Made by a program: the position numbers and the translations under genes | Source: Eledone cirrhosa | Lineage: Eukaryota | Assembly: GCA_964016885.1 (NCBI GenBank) | Contig: OZ024761.1 | Span: forward strand, 14,632,001-14,696,000 | Length of the DNA stretch: 64,000 bases | Direction: 5' to 3' | In this document: positions 1-13,254 of the stretch, one piece after another | Layout of the letters: each line of letters starts with the position of its first letter | How positions within the stretch are numbered: position 1 is the stretch's first letter | The notes under the pieces: model-generated | What the model was told of the DNA's origin: nothing | Databases searched by the model: none | Seen by the model: the letters and a program-made list of their open reading frames with translations, nothing else

Positions 1-80
1 GGGCATGTTGTATGATCAGTGGTAACCTGTGAAACTCAGAGTAGCAACAGAGAGTAATCTCAGTAACATTTGTGTATAAA

Positions 81-685
81 CCTGTAACTCCTGATGGCGT
101 TTTAGGGATGCAGTCTTGGATATCTATATATAAATTTGAGTGGCTTCCGTCCGTCCGTCCGTCACACAAAGTGTGTGTGTGTGTATGTGTATGAATGTAT
201 GTGTGTGTAAAGAAGGGAAGGAAGGTGATGGTGAAAAAACTATAGCAAAACAGTGGCTGGCGTTCCATTTGCAAAGCTGTGTGTCAGTGTATGTGTGTGT
301 TTGTGTGAATGTATGTCTGTGAATGTTTTCGTGTGTCTGTGTTTGCGCGTTTATATTCATATACTCATTCATATAAATGTATGCATATGCACATACATAT
401 ACATACACGCACACACATACACATATGTGCAGCGTATTGAAAAAAAGAATCCTAGTTTTTTAAAAATCCTAGCGAAGCCCATCCCCACGTCTGAATTCAA
501 CCAACTTCTTCCAGAGCTGGGGAGAGAGTGAGAGGCAAAGCGGAAAAAGAAGTGAGAAAGAGATGTGGAGGAAGAATCGACCCCAGTACTTAACTGGCAC
601 TTCTTTTTTATCAATCTCAACGAGAGTCGGAACGAATACCAAAAAACATTCTATACGACGTCTTAACGACTGTCAATTCGCCGCC
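81..685 (-). mobile_element. tRNA-derived SINE, long-tail subfamily, interrupted at ~123-427
   Basis: Reverse complement of the 29768-30094 copy: tail cctgtaactcc at 81, gaagaatcgaccccagtact core, head ending ttcgccgcc at 685. The interruption is simple repeat beginning tctatatataaa. Confidence 0.7.
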
Positions 686-985
686 TTATTCTCTCCCTTG
701 TACGGAATTTAAAATTATAAGGGACATAACTCTAAAAATAAACAGGTTTACTGTGTTGTCTCCCTTGATAATTGTGTGTGTGTGTGTGTGAAATTATATA
801 TCGAGTAGAAGTCGAGTGTGTTGTAAAGTGATGTTTACATCTAATCTATTTAACAACAGCGGTTCCTAATCTGTGGAATGTGAACCACCGGGTGCCTACC
901 AAAGTAGTACTGGGGATTGGAGGCTGAGTATAAAATTAGCTCAAAATTTTTAGAACCTGCAATATAAAATGTATGCATGCATCGT

Positions 986-1243
986 CCCGTTACTCCTGGA
1001 GGAGTCGTAGGGGTGCCGCATTGAAAAATGGCGTATGTAGAATATTTTAAAACCTGGCGGAGCCCGTCTTCTCTCCAGATCTGAATCTAGCAGATTTCTT
1101 CCAGAAATGGAAGTGGGAAAAGGATATAGAGCAAGAATCGGTCCCATTTCTAGACTGGTACTTTTTTTATCGACCTAGAATGGATGAAAGGTAAAGTTGA
1201 ACCCAGCGGGATTTGAACTCAGAGAGCAAAGAGCCGGAACGAA
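986..1243 (-). mobile_element. tRNA-derived SINE, long-tail subfamily (5' truncated)
   Basis: Same tail and core (ggatgaaaggtaaagttga...gggatttgaactcag) as the other copies. Confidence 0.8.
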
Positions 1244-1732
1244 AAGTACTTACAAATAAATACCATGGACTTGATGAACAACTTACTTTTCGTGACAGTC
1301 ATTGTTGATACCTCTGGGACTTAACTGACAGTCTCCTTTTTCGTACTGGTCGCCGATGATACCACTGCTGTTCTGCCTCAGTTACCGAATTGCCGTTTTC
1401 CTCTGCAAAATTGGGAACAGTACGTCGCGTTTGATGAAAGTTCCACGAAGTGGAGCGGCTGTTATTCACTGCAAAGTTTTCGTAATTTTGTCTGTGGGAC
1501 ACAGTTAATTTATATTACCCAGTCTGGGGTGTAGAGCTCGCTGCCCCCTCTTCTTTTCGTTATTTAATTTTTCCTTTCTTTTTTTCTATTTTTATTGCCA
1601 ACACAATATCATTTAATTGAAATTTGTTGAATAAAGGTCTTCATTTATTATTTGAAATTAAACCTGTTTCTAAATCTACAGGAATAGTCAAATATTTTTA
1701 GAACCTGATACAATATTTAACCTTTTCATTAC

Positions 1733-1920
1733 CATCATCATCGCTGTTTAACGTCAATTGTTTCCATGCTTGCATGGGTTAAATGAGTCATCCACATTAT
1801 GTGACAAGTCTGGCCAGTTAGCCACGCCATGCATAGCTCAAACGGAACTGTAATTTGGGTGGGTTTTTTTTTACAGCTGGCTGCCCTTCCTAACACCAAT
1901 CACATTTTCAGTTTGGAGCT
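1733..1920 (-). mobile_element. Degraded 3' end of an RTE-type LINE or RTE-tailed SINE
   Basis: catcatcatcgctgtttaacgtc...tttccatgcttgcatggg resembles the (CAT)n tail and terminus of the RTE fragment at 13657. Confidence 0.4.
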
Positions 1921-2842
1921 AGGTGGTGTGATTATGAGGGAGGCCTGGCCAGTTGGCTGCGCCATACCTTGCTTTTAGTGGGACTGTGTTTCGGCTGCGT
2001 TTTTACAGTTGTTGGATGCACTGACTAACTTTGTAAATAATCAGGAATTTAAAAAGATTTAATAATGTAACTAACTTGCTCATTATTAAGATGATATCTA
2101 GAACATAAAGGTTCTTAAATAAAATTTCCATGGAAGGTTTTTTTAAAATAATATATAAACACTTTGAAGCAGAGTTTTGTTGTGACGTAGAAACCACATT
2201 AGCAAGACATTCTTGAAAAGTACCGAATAACACTATGGCTGCATCGTATTAAAAATGAAAGTCTTTTGTTTAGTTTACTGCAAACCTATGCACAATTAAA
2301 GATAATATAAATATTTGAATTAGTAAACCTATATTTAGATTTTCTGCTAAATCATTATAGGACGTTAAGAATTCAACTAATGTTTGGACCCTAACTTAAC
2401 AAAGGTTCTTATATGAAATTAATATGAACATTTAAACAAACAGTTTTGTATCATAGAACTATGGGAGTTTTAAGTGGTTTGTATTAAAAGGGTTAAGAGT
2501 GTCTGCCATTTAACCTGAAATTTGAAACAGAGTATCAACAGCATCAATCTGATTAAACAAATAAGTCTTGTTAAATAACTGTCACTCAGTTGAGTGGATA
2601 TTTAGTTACATATACATGTATTTAAGTTGAGAGACAAGACTGAGATGTGTTTGTCGTTAGTTAATAAAATTGACTTGTTAACTCATAACATCCTGTTCCA
2701 CATGAAACTAAATAAGTAAGACATTCCTGAAAAACATTACAAAACAGCACTATGACTTCATCACATTAAAAATGAAAGTCTTTCTTTTGATACCAATTTC
2801 TACAGCAATCTGTTGACCAATAAAAATACTTTGAATATTTAA

Positions 2843-3044
2843 CCCATTAGTGTTTACATAACTCTATAATTGTATTTTTGTGGTAAAAGCTTTACATCAC
2901 ATAAATACGTTCCAGAATATCGAATCTATTAGATTTTGATATTATTTATTTTGAGAACAATACTGTAACATAAATATGAGTGGCCGGTTATGGCCACTCA
3001 TAAGAGAATTCTGGCCGGATATGACTAGGTTAAATGCTAAAGGG
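2843..3044. mobile_element. piggyBac-like MITE
   Basis: TTAA|CCCattagtgttta...taaatgctaaaGGG|TTAA. An inverted homolog lies at 6023-6222. Confidence 0.75.
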
Positions 3045-3092
3045 TTAAAATAACAAACCTTTAGATACATTGCATTTCATTGCATGAATTAT

Positions 3093-3757
3093 CCTGTAAC
3101 TCCCGAAGGAGTCTTAGGGGCACATATTGACACATGGCATTTCTAGGGTATTTTAAAATCTGGTGGAGCCCAATACTCTCCAGGTCTGAATATAGTAGAT
3201 TTCTTTCAGAGAAGGATAGAGAGTGAAGGAATGAGAACGGGATATAGCGGAAGAATCGACCCCAGTACTTGACTGGTACTTATTTTTATCGACTTTGAAT
3301 GGATGAAAGGCAAAGTTGACCTTAATGGGATTTGAACTACGAGAGCAGAGTGTTGAAACAATACTGTAAAGCAGGGGTTCTCAACCTTTTTTTCGCTGTG
3401 GACCACCAAAATAAGTAATTTTTTCCTGTGGACCACCTAAACTTTTAAATCTTTTGTAATAGAACTGTGCTACTTATAAGCATCAGTACATGTTTTTTTT
3501 CAATGAATTAGAAAATGCTATTCTCATGTCGCAGTGCCTAAAAATCTACGCAAATAAACAGCTGAAGTCGTACCTATGCGAAAAATAAGAACAGCGCTTT
3601 AAGTCAAATGCATGGATCAAAAAAGAATTTGCTATTGAAAATTTTCTGTGGACCACCTGAATTTTCCTGTGGACCACTAGTGGTCCACGTGGACCAGGTT
3701 GAGAACCCCTGCTGTAAAGTATTCTATGCAATGTTCTAAGTCTGCCAATTCACAGCC
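3093..3757 (-). mobile_element. tRNA-derived SINE, long-tail subfamily, split by a hAT MITE
   Basis: Tail and core at 3093-3371; the head resumes at 3720-3757 after the MITE. Confidence 0.8.
3372..3711. mobile_element. hAT (Charlie-like) MITE
   Basis: TIRs caggggttctcaacct / aggttgagaacccctg. Perfect 8-bp TSD ctgtaaag at 3364-3371 and 3712-3719. Confidence 0.92.
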
Positions 3758-4312
3758 TTCTCTACTTTTAGATATTTTCTGCTGAATCATTATAGGATGT
3801 TAAGAGTTAAGTGGACACTGTAACACACTGGGGATGATTTCATCAACTTTTCCCTCCCACGAAACTATTGGCCCTGTGCCAACTATTGTTATTATTATTA
3901 TTGCAATTATTCTCAAATTATGAAATGAAAATTAAAAATAAATGAATACATTTTTAAAAAAAAAATCGATGCCATAAATTTGTCTGTTGGCAAAACTCTA
4001 TTGAGAAGAAGAAGAAGGAGAAGAAAAAGAAAAAGAAAAAGAAAAAGAAAAAGAAAAAGAAGAAGAAGAAGAGGGGGTGAGAAGGTGGAGGAAAAGGAGG
4101 AGGAAGAGGAGGAAGAGGAGGAGGAAGAGGAGGAGGAATAGAGGAGGAAGAGAGGATGATGATGATGATGATGATGAGGAGGAGGAGGAGGAGGGGGAGG
4201 AAATACATCATTTAGCAAGACAAACCAACATTGGGAACATGGAAAGAGAAGGGTGAGAATAGAAGAGAGAGGAAGTATGATATATTATATACTACTGAAA
4301 ATGTATATATGA

Positions 4313-4366
<54 letters not shown>

Positions 4367-4406
4367 TCAAAATATTAATAAATATAGACATTCATGTGAT
4401 CAAATA

Positions 4407-4472
4407 TATTTTATTATATATATTTCAGAGGTACTGTGCTGTTTCCTCAGTACGTTCTCATCAGATAAAATA
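4407..4472 (-). ncRNA. Minimal type I hammerhead ribozyme in a (TA)n-flanked element (4363-4530), family A
   Basis: Minus strand: tattttat-CTGATGA-gaac gtactg..cagtac ctct-GAA-AtatataT-A-ataaaata. Stem I is 8 bp, stem II has a hairpin, stem III is palindromic. Confidence 0.75.
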
Positions 4473-4527
4473 AATTGATGTCTGACATACTTCAACTGTG
4501 CTGATGGTTCAATTCCAGTCTTGGCAG

Positions 4528-4562
<35 letters not shown>

Positions 4563-4577
4563 GTATATATATATACC

Positions 4578-4617
<40 letters not shown>

Positions 4618-4757
4618 ATGGGTTGGTCAGTGACATAAAATGCTGATGATGATGATGATGATGATGATGATCTCTGCCTTATATATTATATATAAAACAG
4701 AATGATATAAAATAGATATAAAATTATACATACATACATATATACATACATACATAC

Positions 4758-4912
<155 letters not shown>

Positions 4913-4941
4913 GTAATATATATATATATATATATATAATG

Positions 4942-4998
<57 letters not shown>

Positions 4999-4999
4999 G

Positions 5000-5032
<33 letters not shown>

Positions 5033-5143
5033 GTAATATATATATGAGACAGAGAATAATGGAACTTTTTAACAGCAGACACGAGTAAATGATGTGAAAT
5101 TAAATTATAATGATAACAAATTAAATTATTACCAGGAGCAGTT

Positions 5144-5158
5144 GAGAGAGAGAGAGAG

Positions 5159-5208
<50 letters not shown>

Positions 5209-5805
5209 GGGGGGGGAATAGATAAAGAGGGAGCAAGAAGTATCGAGTAGAGAGATAGGTAGTTAGAGAGGGGTAGATAGAGAGAAATAAAGAAGTAGAT
5301 AGATAGACAGGGAGGAGAGAGAGAGGGGAGGGGGAGAAGATGGAGAGAGCGAGAGCGGAAAAAGAGAGAGGTGAGAGAGAGAGAGACAGACAGATAGAGA
5401 AGTGGAATAGACAGAGAGAGAGAGAGAGAGAGGGAGAGAGAAAGGGTGATACATGGATGGATAGAGGAGTAGATAGATAGAGAGGGGTAGATAGATAGAA
5501 AGGTAGATAGGCAGAGAGAGATATAGGCAGAGAGATAGTGAGAGAGGGGTAGAGAGATAGAAAGGTAGATAGACAGAGAGAGAGATAGTGAGAGAGGGGT
5601 AGAGAGATAGAAAGGTAGATAGACAGAGAGAGAGATAGTGAGAGAGGGGTAGAGAGATAGAAAGGTAGATAGACAGAGAGAGAGAGAGATAGGCAGATAG
5701 ATAGTGAGAGAGGGGTAGAGAGATAGAAAGGTAGATAGACAGAGAGAGAGAGATAGGCAGAGAGATAGTGAGAGAGGGGTAGAGAGATAGAAAGAGAAAT
5801 AGAGA
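5144..5805. repeat. (AG)n microsatellite and AG-rich minisatellite
   Basis: Repeated gagagatagtgagagaggggtagagagatagaaagg units. Confidence 0.9.
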
Positions 5806-6022
5806 GGTCAACTGGGTCCTTGTTGTCGAGTCACCAACAAAATCACCTTACGAGGTGGACCGGGTGCTTTTTTCCCCCTTATGATGACCATTATAAACCT
5901 TCTATTATAATTTTATTTATGAACCTATATTAAGTTATGTTCCAAACTCCAGCTTAAACTTTCTGATACCAAACCACCTTAAACAACTGATTCTATAAGT
6001 TAATAAAAGCTATTTGTTTTAA

Positions 6023-6222
6023 CCCTTTACCACTTAAACTGGCTGTATCCAGCCAGAATTCTCTCCTCTCTTTCTGTTGAAACCAGCCATAACTGGCCAC
6101 TCATACTGATGTTAAGGTATTGTTCTCAAAATAAATAATAACAAAATCTCAATATTATGTAAGGTAAAGCATTTACTGCGAAAATACAATAGTATATATA
6201 GCGTAATGTAAATGCTAAAGGG
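6023..6222. mobile_element. piggyBac-like MITE
   Basis: TTAA|CCCttta...aatgctaaaGGG|TTAA. Same family as 2843-3044, opposite orientation. Confidence 0.75.
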
Positions 6223-6775
6223 TTAAAGTGTGTATTCTTATTTAAAAACCTTCCATTATAATTTTACGTATGAACCTTTGTTAAGTTATCTTCCAAACAC
6301 TTGGCATAAGTCAACATGAACTTATGATGGTAAATGACACTTGCTGAAGATGGCTTGCAGTGGGATCGAATCTGTGACCTAATGATTGTGAAAGGAACTT
6401 TTGTAAAGCCAACAATGGTATTTAGATAGCGACAGGTAAAGTAAGGGGTGGTGTGAGGGTGGGAAGAAACCAGCTTGTTAGAAAAGCAGCCGACCAAGAC
6501 AACAGCAGTCATTATAGATCAGAGCGCCATCTGTTGACCGTATCTAACAACTATCTTTACTTTTGGCCATATTACATTCGTTCAACAAAAGAAATCCAAA
6601 AAAAAAAAGAAGTAAACAGAAAACAAAAAAAATCAAAGCAAAGGATACTTTATCTGATATCTCGATGTGTTTATTGTAGATATGTGTGTATATGAATGAA
6701 TGTATGTGTGTGTATGTATGTGTGTATGTATGCATATGTGTATATGCACATACGTGTGTGTTATATATACACATA

Positions 6776-6843
<68 letters not shown>

Positions 6844-7110
6844 GTGTATGTATAGATGTGTGTATATATATATACAGAGAGAGAGAGAGTGTGTGTGTAT
6901 GTATAGATGTGTGTATATATATATACAGAGAGAGAGAGTGTGTGTGTGTATGTATAGATGTGTGTATCTCTATATAATCTCTTCTGCTGCAGCTTTCGTT
7001 GTGTCCCTGGAGGTATGTACAGCCCAATATTCACCTTTCTCCTGTACAAATATCCATTCACACTCACACACATGTATATACACACACATATATACACACA
7101 TACATATATA

Positions 7111-7152
<42 letters not shown>

Positions 7153-7327
7153 CATACACACACACACACATATATATATACAAATACGCAGATACATATG
7201 TATACACATATATATACATATACATATATATATATACATACATATATACATATATATATACATATATATATACATATACATATGTACACATATATATACG
7301 TATATATATATACATATATATATATAC

Positions 7328-7360
<33 letters not shown>

Positions 7361-7501
7361 CATATATACATATATATATACATATATATATACATATATA
7401 TATATATACATATATATATATACATATATATACATATATATATATATGCATACATAGACATATGCATACATATATATATATACATACATATGCATACATA
7501 T

Positions 7502-7537
<36 letters not shown>

Positions 7538-7542
<5 letters not shown>

Positions 7543-7929
7543 TACAAATATTAATAAAATAGATGTTCTTGTGATCAATTAAATTTTATTATACATATTT
7601 CAGAGGTACAACAGTACGTCCTCATCAGATAAAATAAAATGATACATGACATACCCTGAGATGTTAAATGGTTAAGATTTAATCAAGGTAGTATATATAT
7701 ATATATTTAACATCTCAGGGTATGTCATGTATCATTTTATTTTATCTGATGAGGACATACTGTTATACCTCTGAAATATGTATAATAAAATGTAATTGAT
7801 CACAAGAACATCTATTTTATCAATATTTGTATTTTACTATTAATAACTCTGGAAAATATTTACTGTAGAGTGCTTCCAATCTACTGTAAAACTCATTCTT
7901 TGATGTACTCATTGAATCTTGTTTAACTC

Positions 7930-7935
<6 letters not shown>
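7538..7935. mobile_element. Fold-back hammerhead-bearing element (family A), Penelope-like pLTR or retrozyme-like
   Basis: 132-bp inverted arms at 7538-7669 and 7705-7836, each with a hammerhead (7583-7635 minus, 7739-7791 plus). (TA)n lies on both flanks and in the spacer. Confidence 0.75.
7739..7791 (+). ncRNA. Minimal type I hammerhead ribozyme
   Basis: attttat-CTGATGA(7746-7752)-stem II-GAAA(7773-7776)-tatgtaT-A-ataaaat. Confidence 0.7.
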
Positions 7936-7966
<31 letters not shown>

Positions 7967-7995
7967 AACACACATATCTCTATATATAATTATAT

Positions 7996-8164
7996 AACAA
8001 AGGAATTGTGGTAAGGAACCAGATGGACCATAACGCACCAGAGTACTCAATACTTAGGGTAGTAGAGTGGGAAATAGGAAAAAGTATGACCTCGACGGCA
8101 GAGCTCAAGCCGTTTCGACGTCGAAACGGCTTGAGGCCTGCCGTCGGAGTCATACTTTTTCCTA
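7996..8164. mobile_element. Family C fold-back element (3' half of hammerhead only)
   Basis: Palindrome centred at 8119/8120 (gtttcgac|gtcgaaac). Homologous to the copies at 13885-14716; TA-flanked. Confidence 0.7.
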
Positions 8165-8192
8165 TATAATTATATATAAATATATAGATGTG

Positions 8193-8230
<38 letters not shown>

Positions 8231-8404
8231 AGAAAGAACGAGTAGTAAATGTGGGTCATACTGGGAGGCGTTAGTGTTAGTGGGGGGGGGGGGGTTATGT
8301 CACATGGTATTTGATTGATTATCATTGTAAATCAGAAGAGATATGGCTTACAAGATAATTTAATGTTGTACTTTTGTTCCGCTCTGTGTTCCAGGGTGTC
8401 CTGG

Positions 8405-8439
<35 letters not shown>

Positions 8440-8451
8440 GTGTGTGTATGT

Positions 8452-8502
<51 letters not shown>

Positions 8503-8732
8503 AACGTCTGTCTGCATGTGTGTGTGTGTGTGTGTCAATGTCTGTATCCAGGTGTGTGTGTGTGTGAGCATTTTATCTGGCGATGGCCATGCTCAAACAC
8601 GAGTTATAATATAAGGAATTCATCAGGAAACAGTTCTAGTGCTGTAGAAGCCATTTCTATATTAAATATTTATACTTTGCTATGTATTGAGTACTTTACT
8701 CACTGTGGTTACCCCCACCCCGATTGAACCTA

Positions 8733-8777
<45 letters not shown>

Positions 8778-8778
<1 letters not shown>

Positions 8779-9010
8779 GGTGGCTGCCAACTCGTTTTCG
8801 AGTACGTACACTTGTGACAATTATTGACACCTAGTGCTGGGCCCATGGTACCATGTGACCGAAAGTGTCGTGTGAGATCACTACTCGACCTGCATACCCT
8901 TCCACAAACATTACATGCCGTCGTCTGATGAACACTTATAGCTCCACAGGTGTGCCTGCTTCCCTGTTCTTGTGCACTCTCAGGTGACTCTTTAGACCTG
9001 CCATGTTCAG
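8778..9010 (-). mobile_element. 3' end of an RTE-like LINE with a C-terminal C2H2 finger and (TA)n tail
   Basis: Translation CNVCGRVCRSSSDLTRHFRSH. The terminus is shared with 53067-53460. Confidence 0.6.
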
Positions 9011-10269
9011 ACAAACCCTATTACAGGTCTCACATGTCAGGTCAGGCCGTCTGTCAGTGCCTTTCGGGAAACCTCTGGTAATGAGGTAATTATATTGTAT
9101 TGTTTATTATACATTATACATTTAGCTCTGGTACTTACATAGAGCACTTTTCACTCCTATGATTTTTTCAACTTTCAACGGAAACTTCAATACATATATA
9201 TATATATACATACACACACACACATATATATACACACACACACATATACATATACACACATATATATATACACACACACATTAGTGGCCCAATGCCGTCA
9301 TTATTGACGACACTGGTCCTCTCGTATTTAAAATAAACTGAATTTTCAATAAACAAATTAACAATAGACATTATGGCCGACGTCTTTTTATTTCTTTTGT
9401 TTTTATTTCTCAAAGAAATGTTTTTTTTTTCTCTTTCTTTCTAGAACACGTGAATGTCTAGTCAGAGTGAAGTGTGTTTATTGTTGAGATTTGAGGGGGA
9501 AAGAACGGCATCGTCTTACAAGCAATGGAAGGTAAACGGGTGGCTTTTGCTGGCTGTTTGGTGATGAGACTGCTGGGCAACGCAGAGGCGATAAAGACGT
9601 GATTAAAGATCGTCTGCTTTAGTCGTAATGTCGTCGTCATAAGTCCGCCATTGTTGTTATTGTTAGTGCTGTTGTTACTGGTGTTATTGGTAGTGTTGTT
9701 GTTGTTGTTATTGGTGTTGGTGTTGTTATTGGTGTTGTCCTCTGACAGACATTTTATCACGGATTTTTGTTTGGTTTCTAAGATAAAGAGAGTGAGAAAA
9801 GGAGGCGGGGAGGAGAGAGAGGGGGAAGGAGAGAAGAAGAGGAGAGAATGGTGCGAGAGAGACGGAGATAAAGATTGATAGTTAGATAGATCGACAGGTA
9901 GCTAGATAGTTCACGACAGATGAATAGACAGGTAGTGAGAGACAGATAGAGTGAGCAGTGGATAGATAGATAGATAGATAGATAGAGAGAGAGAGGGAGA
10001 GAGTTAACATGTTCAGACAGGAGGTTTCACCATTAGTACACAACACAACACGACAGCGGCCATAGCTAAGATAATTGGTGATAGATAGATAGATTATCAG
10101 ATAGAGAAAGAAAGATAGATATAGATAGATACATAGAGGGGCTAAACGAGAGAGAGAGAGAGAGCGGGAGAGAGAGAGAGAGAGAGAGAGAGCATTAAGT
10201 CTCATTGACAGCCAACTTCGGAAAACGACATATGCGACAGTCCGGCTTAAAATAAAAACTGATTGTCGG

Positions 10270-11135
10270 TTTTGTTGTTAGTGGTTGTGGTGGTGTTGTT
10301 ATTGTTGTTGTTGTTGTTGTTGTTGGTGACGTTGTTGTTGGTGACGTTGTTGGTGGTGGTGTTGGTTGTTGTTGTTGTTGTTGGTGGCGTTGTTGTTGTT
10401 GTTGGTGGTGGTGTTGGTTGCTGTCATTGTTGTTGGTGATGATTGTTGGCGTTGCTTGTGTTGCTGTGTTGGCGGTGATTGTGGTGGTGTTATTGTTGTT
10501 GGTGATGATGGTGTTACTGTTGTTGTTGTTGGTGTTGTGGGTGATTTTGTTGTTGGTGGTGGTGGTGCTGGTTGTTGTTGTTGGTGTTGATTGTTGTTAT
10601 TGTTGGTGGTGTTGTTGGCGGTGATTGGGGTGGTGTTGGTGATTGTGTTATTATTGTTGTTGGAGATGGTGTTACTGTTGTTGTTGGTGTTGTTATTGTT
10701 GGCGGTGATGGTGGAGGTGTTGCTGTTATTGTTGGTGGTGATGGTGGAGGTGTTGTTGTTTGTTGGCGGTGATGGTGGAGGTGTTGCTGTTATTGTTGGT
10801 GGTGATGGTGGAGGTGTTGTTGTTATTGTTGGTGGTGATGGTGGAGGTGCTGTTGTTATTGTTGGCGGTGATGGTGGAGGTGCTGTTGTTATTGTTGGCG
10901 GTGATGGTGGAGGTGTTGTTGTTATTGTTGGCGGTGATGGTGGAGGTGCTGTTGTTATTGGTGTTGGTGATGGTGGAGGTGTTGTTGTTATTGGTGTTGG
11001 TGATGGTGGAGGTGTTGTTGTTATTGTTGGTGGTGATGGTGGAGGTGTTGCTGTTTGTTGGTGTTGGTGATGTTGTTTGTGATGATGATGGTTGCTGATG
11101 TTGTTGGTGGTGATGGTGTTGTTGGTGGTGGTGGA
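10270..11135. repeat. (GTT/GGT)n low-complexity tract with a 33-bp minisatellite
   Basis: Unit gttggcggtgatggtggaggtgttgttgttatt repeated at ~10700-11050. Confidence 0.9.
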
Positions 11136-11779
11136 TGGACAAGCAAACAGAGTAGAGTGAAAAATGAGGCGCGGGGTGGGTGGCAAGCGGTGGGAGGTGA
11201 GTTGTAGAAATACTCCACCACCCCATCGCACCCCACCCCTTAAACAACAAAAATACAAAATGGAAGAAAACGGAACGAAAGAGAAGAGATCGGAAGCAAA
11301 GAAACAAAAATAAGAGTGAAGAAGCCATTTCAGTGCGTCATACGTCACACGAGATGTGACCGACAAGACTGGCGAGAGTGTCAAATGAATTGATTAGCTG
11401 GAATTGAGAGATGTGTGACGATGGTGGTGGTGGCGGTGGTGGTGGGGGGATGGTGGTGGTGGTGGTCGTGTTTGTGTTGATGGTGGCGGTGATGGTGGTT
11501 TTCGTGATGATGGCGTTGGTGATGATGGTGGCTGTAGTGGTGGGGGTGGGAGTGATGATGATGGTGGTGGTGGTGGTGGAGGTGATGGTGGCGGTGATGG
11601 TGGCAGTGATGATGGTGTTGGTGATGATGGTCGTGGCGGTGATGGTGGTGGGGAGGGGGAGAAAACAATAGGAGAGAGAAAAGTTTTTGCGTTGTGTGTG
11701 TATATACTTATTATATATATATGTGTGTGTGCACTCACGCCCACTCACACAGTATATATATGTGTGTGTGTGTGTGTAG

Positions 11780-11835
<56 letters not shown>

Positions 11836-11877
11836 GTGTGTGTGTGTGTGTGTGTAGGTGTATATATATATATACAC

Positions 11878-11914
<37 letters not shown>

Positions 11915-11945
11915 CGTATGTGAGTGTCTGTTTGTGTATATGTGT

Positions 11946-11987
<42 letters not shown>

Positions 11988-12054
11988 GTGTGTGTGTTTG
12001 TGTATATGTGTGTTTATATATATATATATACACGCGCGTATGTGTGTATATATA

Positions 12055-12102
<48 letters not shown>

Positions 12103-12161
12103 TGTGTGTGTGTGTATTTATATATATTTATATATATATATATATATACATATATACACAC

Positions 12162-12197
<36 letters not shown>

Positions 12198-12417
12198 GTG
12201 TCTATATATATATATATATATATACACACACGTGAGTATATGTATGTATGTTTTGAAGTACTCACAACTTGTGCATAGAGACAAGAGATGTTGTGGGGGT
12301 GGGGGAGTTCGGTACCAGGGCAGGGCATGATTACGAAAGGATCGTCTGAAGCACGTTTCTTCTTAACAGTACTGAGTGGTGTAGATGGGTGGCTCCCTCT
12401 GATGGCGTGTTGATTAG

Positions 12418-12424
<7 letters not shown>

Positions 12425-12449
<25 letters not shown>

Positions 12450-12496
12450 AGTGTTTGTGTGTGTGTGTTTGTGTGTGTGTGTTTGTGTGTGTGTAT

Positions 12497-12560
<64 letters not shown>

Positions 12561-13158
12561 TTGTGTCTGTTTGTGTGTGTGTTTGTGTGTGTGTTTGTGT
12601 GTGTGTGTGATTGTGTGTGTGTGTGATTGTGTCTGTTTGTGTGTGTTTGTTTGTGTGTTTGTGTGTGTGTGTGTGTGTGTTTGTGTGTGTGTATGTGTGT
12701 TTGTGTGTGAGTGTGTGTGTGTTTGTGTTTGTGTGTGTGTGTGTGTGTGTGGGTTTGTGTGTGTGTGTGTGTGTGTGTGTTTGTGTGTGTGTGTGATTGT
12801 GTCTGTTTGTGTGTGTGTTTGTGTGTGTGTGTGATTGTGTCTGTGTGTGTGTGTGTTTGTGTGTGTGTATGTTTGTGTGTGTGATTGTGTGTGTGTGTAT
12901 AATGAACATGTGTTATGAGAGATAGAGAGTGGGTAGGGACTAGAAGAAGTGGCAATAGATAGACACAATGACAGAAAGAGTAGCTGGTTAGATAGACACG
13001 CACACACACACACACACACAGACACAGACACACACACACAAACACACAGACAGACACACAAACACTCACATACACACAAACACTCACACACACACAAACA
13101 AACACACACATATACACACACACACACACACAAACAAACACACACATACACACACACA

Positions 13159-13198
<40 letters not shown>

Positions 13199-13221
13199 CT
13201 CAAACACACAATCACACACAA

Positions 13222-13254
<33 letters not shown>

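Noticed and set aside
123-427. Helitron-like 5' start tctatatataaa within a SINE
   Set aside because: No hairpin-CTAG 3' end is assignable; the nearby ctag appears to belong to the SINE tail.
4646-4670. CTGATGA motif
   Set aside because: It is the start of a (GAT)n microsatellite, with no stems or GAAA.
6350-6410. CTGAAGA...GAAA spacing
   Set aside because: No convincing stem II or stem I; the interior looks like a reversed B-box remnant.
8860-8930. C2H2 zinc finger as a host transcription-factor exon
   Set aside because: A single finger next to a repeated 3' terminus and TA tail; a similar finger ends the RTE fragment near 23120, so it is LINE-derived.
9025-9090. GAAAcctctggTAatgag, resembling the 3' half of the 28068 hammerhead
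   Set aside because: The 5' core is unrecognisable; at most a decayed relic.
9561-9745. C-box-like GTGATGA, possible snoRNA or hammerhead
   Set aside because: No nearby D box with a terminal stem, and the ribozyme core is non-canonical at both halves.
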